From assembly GCA_021161645.1 (NCBI GenBank), contig JAGHAC010000046.1, positions 1-49,911 on the forward strand: a DNA stretch of 49,911 bases, read 5' to 3'. This document shows positions 42,738 to 49,911 of the stretch, piece after piece. Source of the DNA: a bacterium. GTDB taxonomy: Bacteria > Patescibacteriota > Minisyncoccia > Minisyncoccales > PEYH01. Each line of letters begins with the position of its first letter. The first letter of the stretch is position 1. The notes under the pieces are model-generated. The model worked only from the letters and a program-made list of their open reading frames with translations. It was not told the DNA's origin and searched no databases. A program made the translations under genes and the position numbers.

Positions 42738-43952
42738 ATGAAAGAACAAATCAAAACAGATAAAATAAAAGACATTTTAGAAAAAGGAGTAGAAAAAATT
42801 ATTGACAAAGATCACCTTACAAAAAAACTTCTCTCTGGAAAAACTTTGAGAGTTAAACACGGAGTTGATCCTACAGGACCAAACATTCATTTAGGAAGAG
42901 CGGCTCAACTTTTAAAATTGAGGGCATTTCAAGACTTGGGTCATAAAGTGGTAATAATTATTGGTGATTTTACTGCTCGCATTGGCGATTCCTCTGATAA
43001 ACCAGAAGGCAGGAAGGGACTAACTCCCGAGGAAATAAAGATCAATATGAGTAATTATCTGAAGCAGTTTTCCAAGATTTTAGATATAAAAAAGACAGAG
43101 ATCAGATATAACTCGGAATGGTTTTCGAAAATGAACCTGGAAAATTTTCTTAAGATAGCCAATAATTTTTCTGTTCAGCAACTGGTGCATCGAAGGAACT
43201 TTAAACAGCGATGGACAAAAAAGCAACCTATTTGTTTGCCAGAAATTATTTACCCTATACTTCAAGGGTATGATTCGGTGATGGTGAAAGCAGATATAGA
43301 ATTGGGTGGATATGATCAATTGTTTAATTTAAAAATGGGCAGAATCTTGCAAGAAATTTATAATCAAGAACCCCAAGATATTATTACTCTAAAAATGCTA
43401 CCCGGTCTTGATGGGCGTAAGATGTCTACAAGCTGGGACAATATGATTAGTATCGTTGAAAACCCTTGTAATATGTATGGCAAAATAATGTCTATGCGGG
43501 ACGAATTAATTCCTTTATATTTTGAACTATGTACAACCTTTTCTCTCAAAGAAATCAAAGAAATTGAAAAAAAATTAAAAGAGAACAAGGTAAACCCTAG
43601 AGATATGAAAGCACGTTTGGCTTTTGAGATAGTTTCGTTTTATTATGGAAAAAATAAAGCCCGTCAAGCAGAGAATGAATTTATTAGGGTTTTTAGAGAA
43701 AAGAAAGAACCAGAAAGAATAAGAAAATTTTTTGCCCCCAAAAAAGAATATCCAATTGTTGATCTCTTGGTAGGGTTGGGTTTTGCCAAATCTAAAAGCG
43801 AAGCCAAAAGATTAATAGCTCAGGGAGGTGTGAAAATAGATGAAAAACTGCAAAAAGATTGGAAAAAAATTGTAAAAGTAAGAGAGGGTATGATTGTTCA
43901 GGTCGGGAAGTTAAAGTTTGCCAAAATGACCTTCGATGACCACCTTGACTAA
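42738..43952 (+). CDS. tyrS: Tyrosyl-tRNA synthetase
   Basis: Class I HIGH-type motif (GPNIHLGR), KMSKS-type motif (RKMSTS) and a C-terminal S4-like domain (SKSEAKRLIAQGGVKIDEK). Confidence 0.85.
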   Translation: MKEQIKTDKIKDILEKGVEKIIDKDHLTKKLLSGKTLRVKHGVDPTGPNIHLGRAAQLLKLRAFQDLGHKVVIIIGDFTARIGDSSDKPEGRKGLTPEEIKINMSNYLKQFSKILDIKKTEIRYNSEWFSKMNLENFLKIANNFSVQQLVHRRNFKQRWTKKQPICLPEIIYPILQGYDSVMVKADIELGGYDQLFNLKMGRILQEIYNQEPQDIITLKMLPGLDGRKMSTSWDNMISIVENPCNMYGKIMSMRDELIPLYFELCTTFSLKEIKEIEKKLKENKVNPRDMKARLAFEIVSFYYGKNKARQAENEFIRVFREKKEPERIRKFFAPKKEYPIVDLLVGLGFAKSKSEAKRLIAQGGVKIDEKLQKDWKKIVKVREGMIVQVGKLKFAKMTFDDHLD

Positions 43953-43983
43953 TTCTAAACCGACAACTAACAACTAATGATCG

Positions 43984-44009
43984 GTTGATTTCTTTACAAA
44001 GAAATCAAC
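43984..44009 (+). terminator. Perfect inverted repeat after tyrS (possible terminator or processing hairpin)
   Basis: GTTGATTTCTTT..AAAGAAATCAAC gives ~11-12 bp of AT-rich stem. No T-tail follows, and tRNA-Ser begins 5 nt downstream. Confidence 0.4.
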
Positions 44010-44013
44010 GCCG

Positions 44014-44102
44014 GGTGGGGTGCGCCGAACTGGCAAGGCACCGCTCTCGAAAAGCGGCTCCCATTTTTGGGATTGTGGGTTCAAGTCCCACCCCCACCGC
44101 CA
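44014..44102 (+). tRNA. tRNA-Ser (anticodon CGA), CCA encoded
   Basis: Acceptor GGTGGGG/CCCCACC, anticodon stem CCGCT/AGCGG with loop CTCGAAA, long variable arm, T arm GTGGG-TTCAAGT-CCCAC, discriminator G, then CCA. Confidence 0.9.
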
Positions 44103-44173
44103 TGCACCACGTAGGGTGCATGGCGAGCCCTAAACCCAACGTGGTTTATGGCCGCCAAAAGTAATACACGATT

Positions 44174-44428
44174 ATGTATTATGTCTATATTTTTCAAAGT
44201 CAAAAAGATAAAAAATTATATATCGGATTTACTTCTAATTTAAAGAAACGAATAAGAAAACATCGGGCGGGAGAAGTAACATCAACAAAAACTCGTCGAC
44301 CGTTGAGGTTAATATTTTATAAATCCTTTTTAGCAGAACAAGATGCTCTAAGAAGAGAAAGATATTTCAAGACACAAAAAGGAAAAGTGTCGTTAAAACA
44401 AATCATCAGAAATTCGTTAAAACAATGA
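44174..44428 (+). CDS. Small GIY-YIG nuclease-family protein
   Basis: MYYVYIFQSQKDKKLYIGFTSNLKKRIRKH matches the GIY...YIG...R..H core. 84 aa. Its stop overlaps the infB ATG (ATGA). Confidence 0.8.
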   Translation: MYYVYIFQSQKDKKLYIGFTSNLKKRIRKHRAGEVTSTKTRRPLRLIFYKSFLAEQDALRRERYFKTQKGKVSLKQIIRNSLKQ

Positions 44429-45933
44429 GAAGCAACACACAAATTATTCAAAGACCGCCTGTAGTATGTATATTAGGCCATGTGGATCATGGTAAATCTT
44501 CGCTTTTAGAAGCAATTAAGGATTTTAAAATTACCTCTAAAGAGTCGGGAGGCATTACCCAGCATATCGGCGCATATGTGGTTGAGCAGAATGGTAAAAA
44601 GATTACATTCTTAGATACGCCCGGACATGAGGCATTTTCTGCTATAAGGTCACGAGGGGCTCAGGTAGCAGATATTGCTATTTTGGTAGTTGCCGCAGAT
44701 GAAGGAGTAAAGCCGCAAACTATTGAGGCTTATGAATGTATTAAGAAAGCAGAAATTCCTTTTTTGGTGGCAATCAATAAAATAGACAAACCCGAATCAA
44801 ATCCACAAAAGGTTAAGAATGAGTTAGCTCAACATGGTATTTTTGTTGAGGGGATGGGAGGAGATGTACCGGTTGTAGAAACTTCGGCAAAGACAAAACA
44901 GGGCATTAACGATTTATTAGAGATAACACTTTTGGTGTCTGAAATGCATCCCCAAAAAGTTAACCTTGATGTTCCGGCAAGAGGCGTTATTATAGAAGCT
45001 TTTCTGGATTCTCGGCGTGGTCCAGTAGCAACTCTTTTAATAAAAGAAGGTATATTAAAAAAGCAGGACATAATAGCAACTCCTACTTCTTGCGGGAAAG
45101 TGAGGATTTTGGAAGATTTTTTAGGTAGTCCTCTTAAAGAAGCTTATCCTTCTACGCCGGCTTATATGATGGGGTTTGAAGAAGTGCCAAAAGTTGGAGA
45201 GAGATTTATGGTTTTTGATGATCTTGAAAAGGCAAGGGAATTTGTTATAAAAGAAAGAGAAAGAGAAAAAGAAAAAGAAAGAGAGAAAAAACAGAACGCA
45301 TATTTAGCCGAAGAAGGAAAAGAGGTTTTAAACCTCATAATAAAAGGAGATGTAGTAGGCTCAATTGAGGCAATAGAACAATCAATAGAGAACATTCCTC
45401 AGGAAGAAGTGTTCACCCGCATTTTAAAAAGTGGGGTAGGTGATATTACAGAAGATGATGTAGTTTTGGCTGACTCTGCTGGTGCCAAAATCGTCGGATT
45501 TCGCACGAAAATTTTACCTGAGGCAGCAAAAATAGCAGATCAGAAAAAAGTAGAGATCTATATTTTTGAAGTAATTTACGATCTTATCCAAAAAATAAGA
45601 GAGATGATTAAGAATATTATTGAATTGCAGGTTGTCAGAGAAGATGTGGGAAGGTTAAGAGTATTAGTAGTATTTCTCTCCGAAAAAGATAAACAGATTA
45701 TAGGGGGAAGAATATTCCAAGGAGAAATGTATAAAGGATTAGAGGTAGAAATTTTTAGAGAAGAAAAGAAAATAGGTCAAGGTAAGATTATTAACCTTCA
45801 AAAAGAGAAAAAAGATATTGAGAAAGGAAATCAAGGAGAAGAAATTGGTATTTTGCTGAAAACTTCTACAAAGATAAAGGAAGGCGATGTCTTGGTGGCA
45901 TTTACTCTTAAGCAAAAGAAGGCAGAATTTTAA
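44425..45933 (+). CDS. infB: Translation initiation factor IF-2 (short form starting at the G domain)
   Basis: RPPVVCILGHVDHGKSSLLEAI (G1), DTPGHEAF (G3), NKID (G4) and IIKGDVVGSIEAI. It is 502 aa with only ~10 residues before the G domain. Confidence 0.9.
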   Translation: MRSNTQIIQRPPVVCILGHVDHGKSSLLEAIKDFKITSKESGGITQHIGAYVVEQNGKKITFLDTPGHEAFSAIRSRGAQVADIAILVVAADEGVKPQTIEAYECIKKAEIPFLVAINKIDKPESNPQKVKNELAQHGIFVEGMGGDVPVVETSAKTKQGINDLLEITLLVSEMHPQKVNLDVPARGVIIEAFLDSRRGPVATLLIKEGILKKQDIIATPTSCGKVRILEDFLGSPLKEAYPSTPAYMMGFEEVPKVGERFMVFDDLEKAREFVIKEREREKEKEREKKQNAYLAEEGKEVLNLIIKGDVVGSIEAIEQSIENIPQEEVFTRILKSGVGDITEDDVVLADSAGAKIVGFRTKILPEAAKIADQKKVEIYIFEVIYDLIQKIREMIKNIIELQVVREDVGRLRVLVVFLSEKDKQIIGGRIFQGEMYKGLEVEIFREEKKIGQGKIINLQKEKKDIEKGNQGEEIGILLKTSTKIKEGDVLVAFTLKQKKAEF

Positions 45934-46253
45934 TGAATAAAAAGAAAATCGAAAAATTTGCCAGCATTATTCAAAAAGAGTTGGGAGAGATTATTCTCAG
46001 AGAAATTGACCTCCCAAGAAATAGTTTTATTACTATAACAAAAGTAGTTGTTTCTCCCGATAAAAGAAAAGCAGAAGTTTTGGTAGGCGTTATGCCTCCC
46101 AACCACACACAAGAAACATTGAGGCTGCTTTTGCGAGAAAAAAAACATTTAAGAAGCTTACTTGCGCATCGTTTAGATATCAAAAGAGTGCCGGAGATTC
46201 ATTTTTTGGAAGATAAAGGTTTGAGAATAGGAGAACTTTTACAAAATATTTAA
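45933..46253 (+). CDS. rbfA: Ribosome-binding factor A
   Basis: 106 aa with ...KFASIIQKELGEIILREI..., directly after infB with a TAATG overlap. Confidence 0.8.
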   Translation: MNKKKIEKFASIIQKELGEIILREIDLPRNSFITITKVVVSPDKRKAEVLVGVMPPNHTQETLRLLLREKKHLRSLLAHRLDIKRVPEIHFLEDKGLRIGELLQNI

Positions 46254-46324
46254 GTTTATAAAAGCTCTGCACTAGAATAGTTGTGAGATGGTTTTTCTTT
46301 TATGGCTTGGTTGACTTGAATTTA

Positions 46325-46396
46325 GGCCAGGTAGCCAAGTGGTAAGGCAAGGGTCTGCAAAACCCTTATACGCGGGTTCGAGTCCCGCCCTGGCCT
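46325..46396 (+). tRNA. tRNA-Cys (anticodon GCA)
   Basis: Acceptor GGCCAGG/CCTGGCC, anticodon stem AGGGT/ACCCT with loop CTGCAAA, T arm GCGGG-TTCGAGT-CCCGC, discriminator T. Confidence 0.9.
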
Positions 46397-46441
46397 CACA
46401 ACTCGGAATATCGACATTTTGACATATCGACGTTTCGGTTT

Positions 46442-46526
46442 GCCGGGGTGGCGGAATTGGTAGACGCGAGAGACTTAAAATCTCTTGGGGTGATCCCCCG
46501 TGCGGGTTCAAGTCCCGCCCCCGGCA
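46442..46526 (+). tRNA. tRNA-Leu (anticodon TAA)
   Basis: Acceptor GCCGGGG/CCCCGGC, anticodon stem AGAGA/TCTCT with loop CTTAAAA, long variable arm (GGGG-tgat-CCCC), T arm GCGGG-TTCAAGT-CCCGC. Confidence 0.9.
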
Positions 46527-46528
46527 CA

Positions 46529-46583
46529 GGGCGGTTAGCTCAGTTGGCTAGACCTGCCTGCCGGCAGGCAGGGCGTGCGCGAC
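46529..46583 (+). pseudogene. tRNA 5'-half-like fragment fused to a perfect 20-nt GC palindrome
   Basis: GGGCGGTTAGCTCAGTTGGCTAGA looks like an acceptor 5' strand plus D arm, but the D stem closes as GACC rather than GAGC. It is followed by CCTGCCTGCCGGCAGGCAGG (46553-46572). No T arm or complementary ACCGCCC strand lies downstream. Confidence 0.55.
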
Positions 46584-46657
46584 GGGCCCGTAGCTCAGAT
46601 GGCTAGAGCGCTTCGTTGACGTCGAAGAGGTCGCGGGTTCAAATCCTGCCGGGCCCA
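46584..46657 (+). tRNA. tRNA-Val (anticodon GAC)
   Basis: Acceptor GGGCCCG/CGGGCCC, D arm GCTC..GAGC, anticodon stem CTTCG/CGAAG with loop TTGACGT, T arm GCGGG-TTCAAAT-CCTGC. Confidence 0.9.
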
Positions 46658-46706
46658 CATATAAGAACTAAGAGATGTTTCTGTCAAAACAAAAGATTAC
46701 AAAGTC

Positions 46707-46732
46707 GGAGGTTTGAATCCTCCACGTCCACA
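46707..46732 (+). other. T-arm/acceptor-like hairpin with no matching 5' half (tRNA 3' remnant or plain hairpin)
   Basis: GGAGG-TTTGAAT-CCTCC followed by ACGTCCACA. The loop deviates from TTCRANY at C56. No GTGGACG partner occurs within 100 nt upstream. Confidence 0.3.
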
Positions 46733-46737
46733 TAAAT

Positions 46738-46809
46738 GCCGGAGTGGTGTAGCGGTCTGCACGTTGCTCTGAAAAAGCAAAGGTCCCAGTTCGACTCTGG
46801 GCTCCGGCA
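46738..46809 (+). tRNA. tRNA-Phe (anticodon GAA)
   Basis: Acceptor GCCGGAG/CTCCGGC, anticodon stem TTGCT/AGCAA with loop CTGAAAA, T arm CCCAG-TTCGACT-CTGGG. Confidence 0.9.
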
Positions 46810-46817
46810 CAAAATAA

Positions 46818-46892
46818 GCGGGAGTGGTGTAATGGCAACACGCTTCCTTGCCATGGAAGAGATTGCGGGTTCAAATCCCGTCTCCCGCTCCA
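46818..46892 (+). tRNA. tRNA-Gly (anticodon GCC), CCA encoded
   Basis: Acceptor GCGGGAG/CTCCCGC, anticodon stem CTTCC/GGAAG with loop TTGCCAT, T arm GCGGG-TTCAAAT-CCCGT, discriminator T, then CCA. Confidence 0.9.
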
Positions 46893-46912
46893 TTACCGGC
46901 CAAAGAAATATT

Positions 46913-46936
46913 GCAAGGTTTGACCTTGCTTTTTTT
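46913..46936 (+). terminator. Intrinsic terminator of the tRNA array
   Basis: GCAAGG-tttga-CCTTGC followed by seven T residues. Confidence 0.75.
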
Positions 46937-46956
46937 ATTGCGGAGTTAACAAACTC

Positions 46957-46985
46957 TTGACATATTAGTTTTAATTCTGTATCAT
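46957..46985 (+). promoter_or_regulatory. Candidate promoter of the 3D-domain gene
   Basis: TTGACA (46957-46962), 17 nt of spacer, then TATCAT (46980-46985), 12 nt before the ATG at 46997. Confidence 0.55.
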
Positions 46986-46996
46986 AGAACAACTTT

Positions 46997-47491
46997 ATGA
47001 GTATTTTCAGAAAAGCGATTTTTGGGATTTTTCTCCTCTTTATTGTAATAGGAGCGGCTTTGCCTTTCATCGGAAGGGCTCTTGCTGACGAAGAAAAACC
47101 GATAATGAATTCTATAAAAACGCTCCCAAAAGAGGAAAATATTGTTGTTCAGAATAATACAGTTTTGAGCAATACAGCTCATTATTATAATAAGCCAACG
47201 GCAAAAATTTCTGTGGTTGTCACAGGATATTCTTCAGACCCACTTGAAACAGACGATACTCCATTTATCACCGCTTCAGGAACATTTGTCAGAGAAGGGG
47301 TGATAGCGACAAACTTTCTTCCTTTTGGAACAAAAATCAGAATTCCCTCTTTATTTGGAGAAGAAATTTTTGTAGTAGAGGATAGAATGAATCCTCGCAA
47401 AAAGTTTCAAATAGATGTGTGGTTTCCCACGAAAGAAGAAGCGATTAATTTTGGAGTTCACAAAACTTATATTGAAGTTTTAGAACAATAG
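46997..47491 (+). CDS. Secreted 3D-domain (MltA/RlpA-like fold) cell-wall protein
   Basis: N-terminal signal/anchor. VVVTGYSSDPLETDDTPFITASGTFVREGVIATNFLPFGTKIRIP...FVVEDRMN....IDVWF matches the 3D-domain pattern. Confidence 0.75.
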   Translation: MSIFRKAIFGIFLLFIVIGAALPFIGRALADEEKPIMNSIKTLPKEENIVVQNNTVLSNTAHYYNKPTAKISVVVTGYSSDPLETDDTPFITASGTFVREGVIATNFLPFGTKIRIPSLFGEEIFVVEDRMNPRKKFQIDVWFPTKEEAINFGVHKTYIEVLEQ

Positions 47492-47515
47492 AAAAAGAAA
47501 GCCGTTGAAGAATAC

Positions 47516-47542
47516 AAACCCCGTCTTTTGACGAGGTTTTTT
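47516..47542 (+). terminator. Intrinsic terminator
   Basis: AAACCCCGTC-tttt-GACGAGG (one mismatch in the stem) followed by TTTTTT. Confidence 0.6.
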
Positions 47543-47546
47543 ATGC

Positions 47547-47575
47547 TTGAAAAAAGAGTCAAACCAACTTATGAT
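47547..47575 (+). promoter_or_regulatory. Candidate ruvA promoter
   Basis: TTGAAA, 17 nt of spacer, then TATGAT, ending 9 nt before the ATG at 47585. Confidence 0.4.
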
Positions 47576-47584
47576 AAATAGAAT

Positions 47585-48151
47585 ATGATTTATTTTATTA
47601 AGGGTAAAGTCCTCAATAAAAAGAAAGATTATATTATCTTAGAACATCAGGGGATAGGGTTTAAAATTTATCTCTCAGAAAAAAATTTAGAGAGATTGCG
47701 TGAAGGAGAAGAAAAAACAATATATACACATCTCGCTTTCAGAAATGATAAGATTGAGCTTTATGGGGTGCTTTCCCAAGAAGAATTATATCTTTATCAG
47801 ATTTTTGAGAGAATATCGGGCATAGGACCTAAAGGAGCCTTAATTCTTGCTTCTGTTGGTAGCCTCCAAGATTTTAAAAAGGCGATTGAAGAGGGAAATC
47901 TTGATTTCTTTGAAGGTATTAAAGGGATAGGCAAGAAGAAAATTCAAAAAATTATTTTGGAAATAGGCGGAGAACTGAGAAAAATCTCAAAAAAGAAAGA
48001 TAGAGAAATAAATCGAAAAGCGTTAAACGCTTTGGTTTCATTGGGTTTTGGTAAGGCAGAAGCAAAAGAGGCATTGATTTTAATTCCAAAGAAAATAAAA
48101 AAGACAGAAGAGCAAATTAAAGAAGCCCTTAAAATTCTTTCTCAAAATTAA
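47585..48151 (+). CDS. ruvA: Holliday junction DNA helicase subunit RuvA
   Basis: MIYFIKGKV...YIILEHQGIGFKIY N-terminus (OB fold), the HhH region ISGIGPKGAL...IKGIGKKK and a small C-terminal domain. Confidence 0.9.
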   Translation: MIYFIKGKVLNKKKDYIILEHQGIGFKIYLSEKNLERLREGEEKTIYTHLAFRNDKIELYGVLSQEELYLYQIFERISGIGPKGALILASVGSLQDFKKAIEEGNLDFFEGIKGIGKKKIQKIILEIGGELRKISKKKDREINRKALNALVSLGFGKAEAKEALILIPKKIKKTEEQIKEALKILSQN

Positions 48152-49450
48152 ATGCTTCTAAAACCAGCAATAAAAAAAGTGCTCCCCCAAAAAGCTTTGA
48201 GAGGGTATCATTATTTATTGGCTTTTTTAGGTTCTTTGATATTTGCACAGCCTTCAAAAGGTTTAACTGTTATAGGGGTTACGGGAACCAATGGTAAGTC
48301 TACTACGGTAAAGATGATTTCTCAAATTTTAGAAGAAGCAGGGTTTAAGACGGCTTATACTTCCTCAATAGAGTTTAAAATAGGAAGGAGTGTTTGGCAG
48401 AACAGATTTAAAATGACAATGCCGGGCAGATTTTTTCTTCAGAGTTTTTTAAGAAAAGCAAAAAAAGCAGGGTGCCAATATGTAATTATAGAAGTTACTT
48501 CAGAAGGGATTAAACTTTTTCGTCACAAATTTATAGATTTTGATATTGCTCTAATTACCAATTTAAGGCCAGAGCATATTGAGAGCCACGGGAATTATGA
48601 AAATTATAAAAAAGCCAAAGGAGAGCTTTTTAAATCTACAAAGAAAATTCATATTATAAATTTAGACGAAAAGGAATCAGAATATTTTTTAAGTTTTTCC
48701 GCGCAAGAAAAATGGGGATATGGAATAAATTTTGACAGCGCCAAACATAGAGAAAAGATAAAAATTCTTCAAGCCAGAGATGTCCAGGTTCAAAATCAGG
48801 GAGTGGAGTTTTTAGTTAAAGGAGAAAAAATTAAATTGTCTCTGAAGGGCAAATTCAACATTTATAATGCTTTAGCAGCAATTTGCGTTGGGCTTTCTCA
48901 GGGGATTGATATAAAAACGATTAAGCGGGGGCTTGAAAAAATAGAAAAGGTATCTGGAAGATTGGAAGAGATAATTTCTGCTCCTTTTAGAGTATATGTT
49001 GACTATGCTCATACTCCCGATGCTCTAGAAGAAGTTTATGCTACCCTGAAGAAAGAATTGTCTCAAAGAGGAAAGTTGATCTGTGTTTTGGGTTCGTGTG
49101 GGGGAGGAAGAGATAAGTGGAAAAGGCCGCTTATGGGAAAGATTGCTGAAAAATACTGCGACAAAATCATTTTAACCAACGAAGATCCATACGATGAGGA
49201 CCCAAAAGATATTATTGAAGACATAACAAAAGGGATTAAGAAAAAAGATAGAGTTGTAAAAATTCTTGAAAGAAAAAAAGCAATTTTGGAAGCGATCAAA
49301 GAAGCCAAGCTAAATGACATAGTAATTATTACAGGTAAGGGTTCTGAACCATGGATGTGTGTAAAAGGTAACAAGAAAATTCCCTGGGACGATAGAGAAA
49401 TTGTTAAGGAAGCGTTTCAAGCATTAAGTCAAACCTATGGAGAAATTTAG
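48152..49450 (+). CDS. murE: Mur ligase, MurE-like (UDP-MurNAc-tripeptide synthetase), short N-terminus
   Basis: P-loop VIGVTGTNGKSTT, DYAHTPDALEEVY, GSCGGGRDKWKRPLMG and TNEDPYDEDP (MurE-like DNPR.E.P). The amino-acid substrate cannot be read from the sequence. Confidence 0.7.
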   Translation: MLLKPAIKKVLPQKALRGYHYLLAFLGSLIFAQPSKGLTVIGVTGTNGKSTTVKMISQILEEAGFKTAYTSSIEFKIGRSVWQNRFKMTMPGRFFLQSFLRKAKKAGCQYVIIEVTSEGIKLFRHKFIDFDIALITNLRPEHIESHGNYENYKKAKGELFKSTKKIHIINLDEKESEYFLSFSAQEKWGYGINFDSAKHREKIKILQARDVQVQNQGVEFLVKGEKIKLSLKGKFNIYNALAAICVGLSQGIDIKTIKRGLEKIEKVSGRLEEIISAPFRVYVDYAHTPDALEEVYATLKKELSQRGKLICVLGSCGGGRDKWKRPLMGKIAEKYCDKIILTNEDPYDEDPKDIIEDITKGIKKKDRVVKILERKKAILEAIKEAKLNDIVIITGKGSEPWMCVKGNKKIPWDDREIVKEAFQALSQTYGEI

Positions 49451-49841
49451 AGTTCTTCCCCACACAGCAGATCTTAAAATTGAGGTTTTTGGCAAAAACC
49501 CAAAAGAGTTGTTTAAAAACGCAATGGTCGGGATGTTTCGGGCAGCCGGTTATATTGGCGAGGGAGAAAGTTTAAAGCGTAAAATTAAATGCGAAGGTAT
49601 GGATTTGCCGTCTCTTTTAGTTTCATTTTTGGACGAAGTTCTTTATTTAAGCGAAGCATACGAAGAAGTTTATACAGGAATTAGTTTTAGTAATTTTTCA
49701 GAAGAGCAATTGGAAGGAACTTTGACGGGTCAGCCTCTAAAAAATAGAGAATTAGTAATAAAGGGAGTTACTTTTCATGAACTTGAAATAGAAAAACAAA
49801 AAGATGGTAAATTCAAGGCGGTAATTCTTTTTGACATATGA
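49437..49841 (+). CDS. Archease
   Basis: LPHTADLKIEVFG near the N-terminus and ...KGVTFHELEI... near the C-terminus. 134 aa, with a 14 nt overlap onto murE. Confidence 0.8.
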   Translation: MEKFRVLPHTADLKIEVFGKNPKELFKNAMVGMFRAAGYIGEGESLKRKIKCEGMDLPSLLVSFLDEVLYLSEAYEEVYTGISFSNFSEEQLEGTLTGQPLKNRELVIKGVTFHELEIEKQKDGKFKAVILFDI

Positions 49842-49911
49842 TATTAATAGAAAAAACTACCAATAGAGAGGCTTTCATAGAAAAAGCATTTGAACAGGCA
49901 AAAATTTACGA
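49838..49911 (+). CDS. 5' end of an unidentified ORF running off the window
   Basis: The ATG at 49838 overlaps the archease TGA (ATGA). The sequence MILIEKTTNREAFIEKAFEQAKIY... has only 24 codons visible. Confidence 0.35.
   Translation, partial: MILIEKTTNREAFIEKAFEQAKIY

Noticed and set aside
45249-45291. 43 nt uninterrupted polypurine (A/G only) tract, which could form a triplex or slippage-prone element.
   Set aside because: It simply encodes the KEREREKEKEREKK linker of IF-2, in frame. There is no evidence of a regulatory role.
46529-46583. Tried to fold the fragment as a complete, intron-containing or otherwise unusual tRNA.
   Set aside because: There is no T arm and no complementary acceptor 3' strand. 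The palindrome gives a 4 nt loop rather than a 7 nt anticodon loop. I kept it as a fragment or pseudogene only.
46272-47182. Several 66-128 aa ORFs on both strands across the tRNA array (46272-46511, 46668-46874, 46684-47070, 46736-46960, 46982-47182).
   Set aside because: They overlap five well-folded tRNA genes and a terminator/promoter region. They are reading-frame artefacts.
1-49911. Checked for alternative genetic code (UGA recoding as in some CPR lineages).
   Set aside because: TGA terminates several well-conserved genes at their expected lengths (VirB4 at 7457, mutM at 30235, archease at 49841). ATGA stop-start overlaps are also common. The standard code 11 fits.

Overview
AT-rich (about one-third G+C by eye), very gene-dense bacterial chromosome segment using the standard code. 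Small proteins, tight ATGA/TAATG gene coupling and the gene content suggest a reduced-genome, CPR/Patescibacteria-like organism; that assignment is inference. Main blocks: (1) 1-11.7 kb holds a compact type IV secretion-like locus with three proteins carrying a VirB2/TrbC-like two-helix hairpin fused to large ectodomains, a VirB6/TrbL-like protein, a PrgI/VirB3-like protein, a VirB4 ATPase split into two cistrons, and an antisense SPFH gene. No relaxase, coupling protein or integrase is visible. (2) 11.7-16.2 kb is the replication-origin block jag-yidC-rnpA-rpmH | dnaA-dnaN, with DnaA-box-like motifs. (3) 16-25.6 kb carries housekeeping genes (class A PBP, ruvC, yebC, ruvB, tsaE, 5'-3' exonuclease), a hyper-acidic mini-ORF, a lamin-tail-domain protein, a candidate ~117 nt structured sRNA behind a perfect sigma70-type promoter, and a short PilB-like ATPase coupled to a degenerate DHH/DHHA1-like protein. 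(4) 25.6-32.8 kb holds signalling genes: a HAMP-only membrane protein, an unknown protein, a soluble PAS kinase, a second kinase and three receiver-only response regulators, interleaved with mutM, holA and rpsT. (5) 32.9-42.6 kb is a type IV pilus operon (pilB, pilC, pilin-like proteins, an Ig-repeat protein with a poly-Gly/CFIATAAYGS C-terminal module, pilM/N/O). (6) 42.6-49.9 kb has tRNA-Arg, tyrS, tRNA-Ser, a GIY-YIG mini-nuclease, N-terminally short infB, rbfA, a five-tRNA array with two tRNA-like fragments, a 3D-domain protein, ruvA, a murE-like ligase and archease. No rRNA, CRISPR array, transposase or integrase was seen. All product calls rest on motif recognition by eye and have not been tested by database searches.
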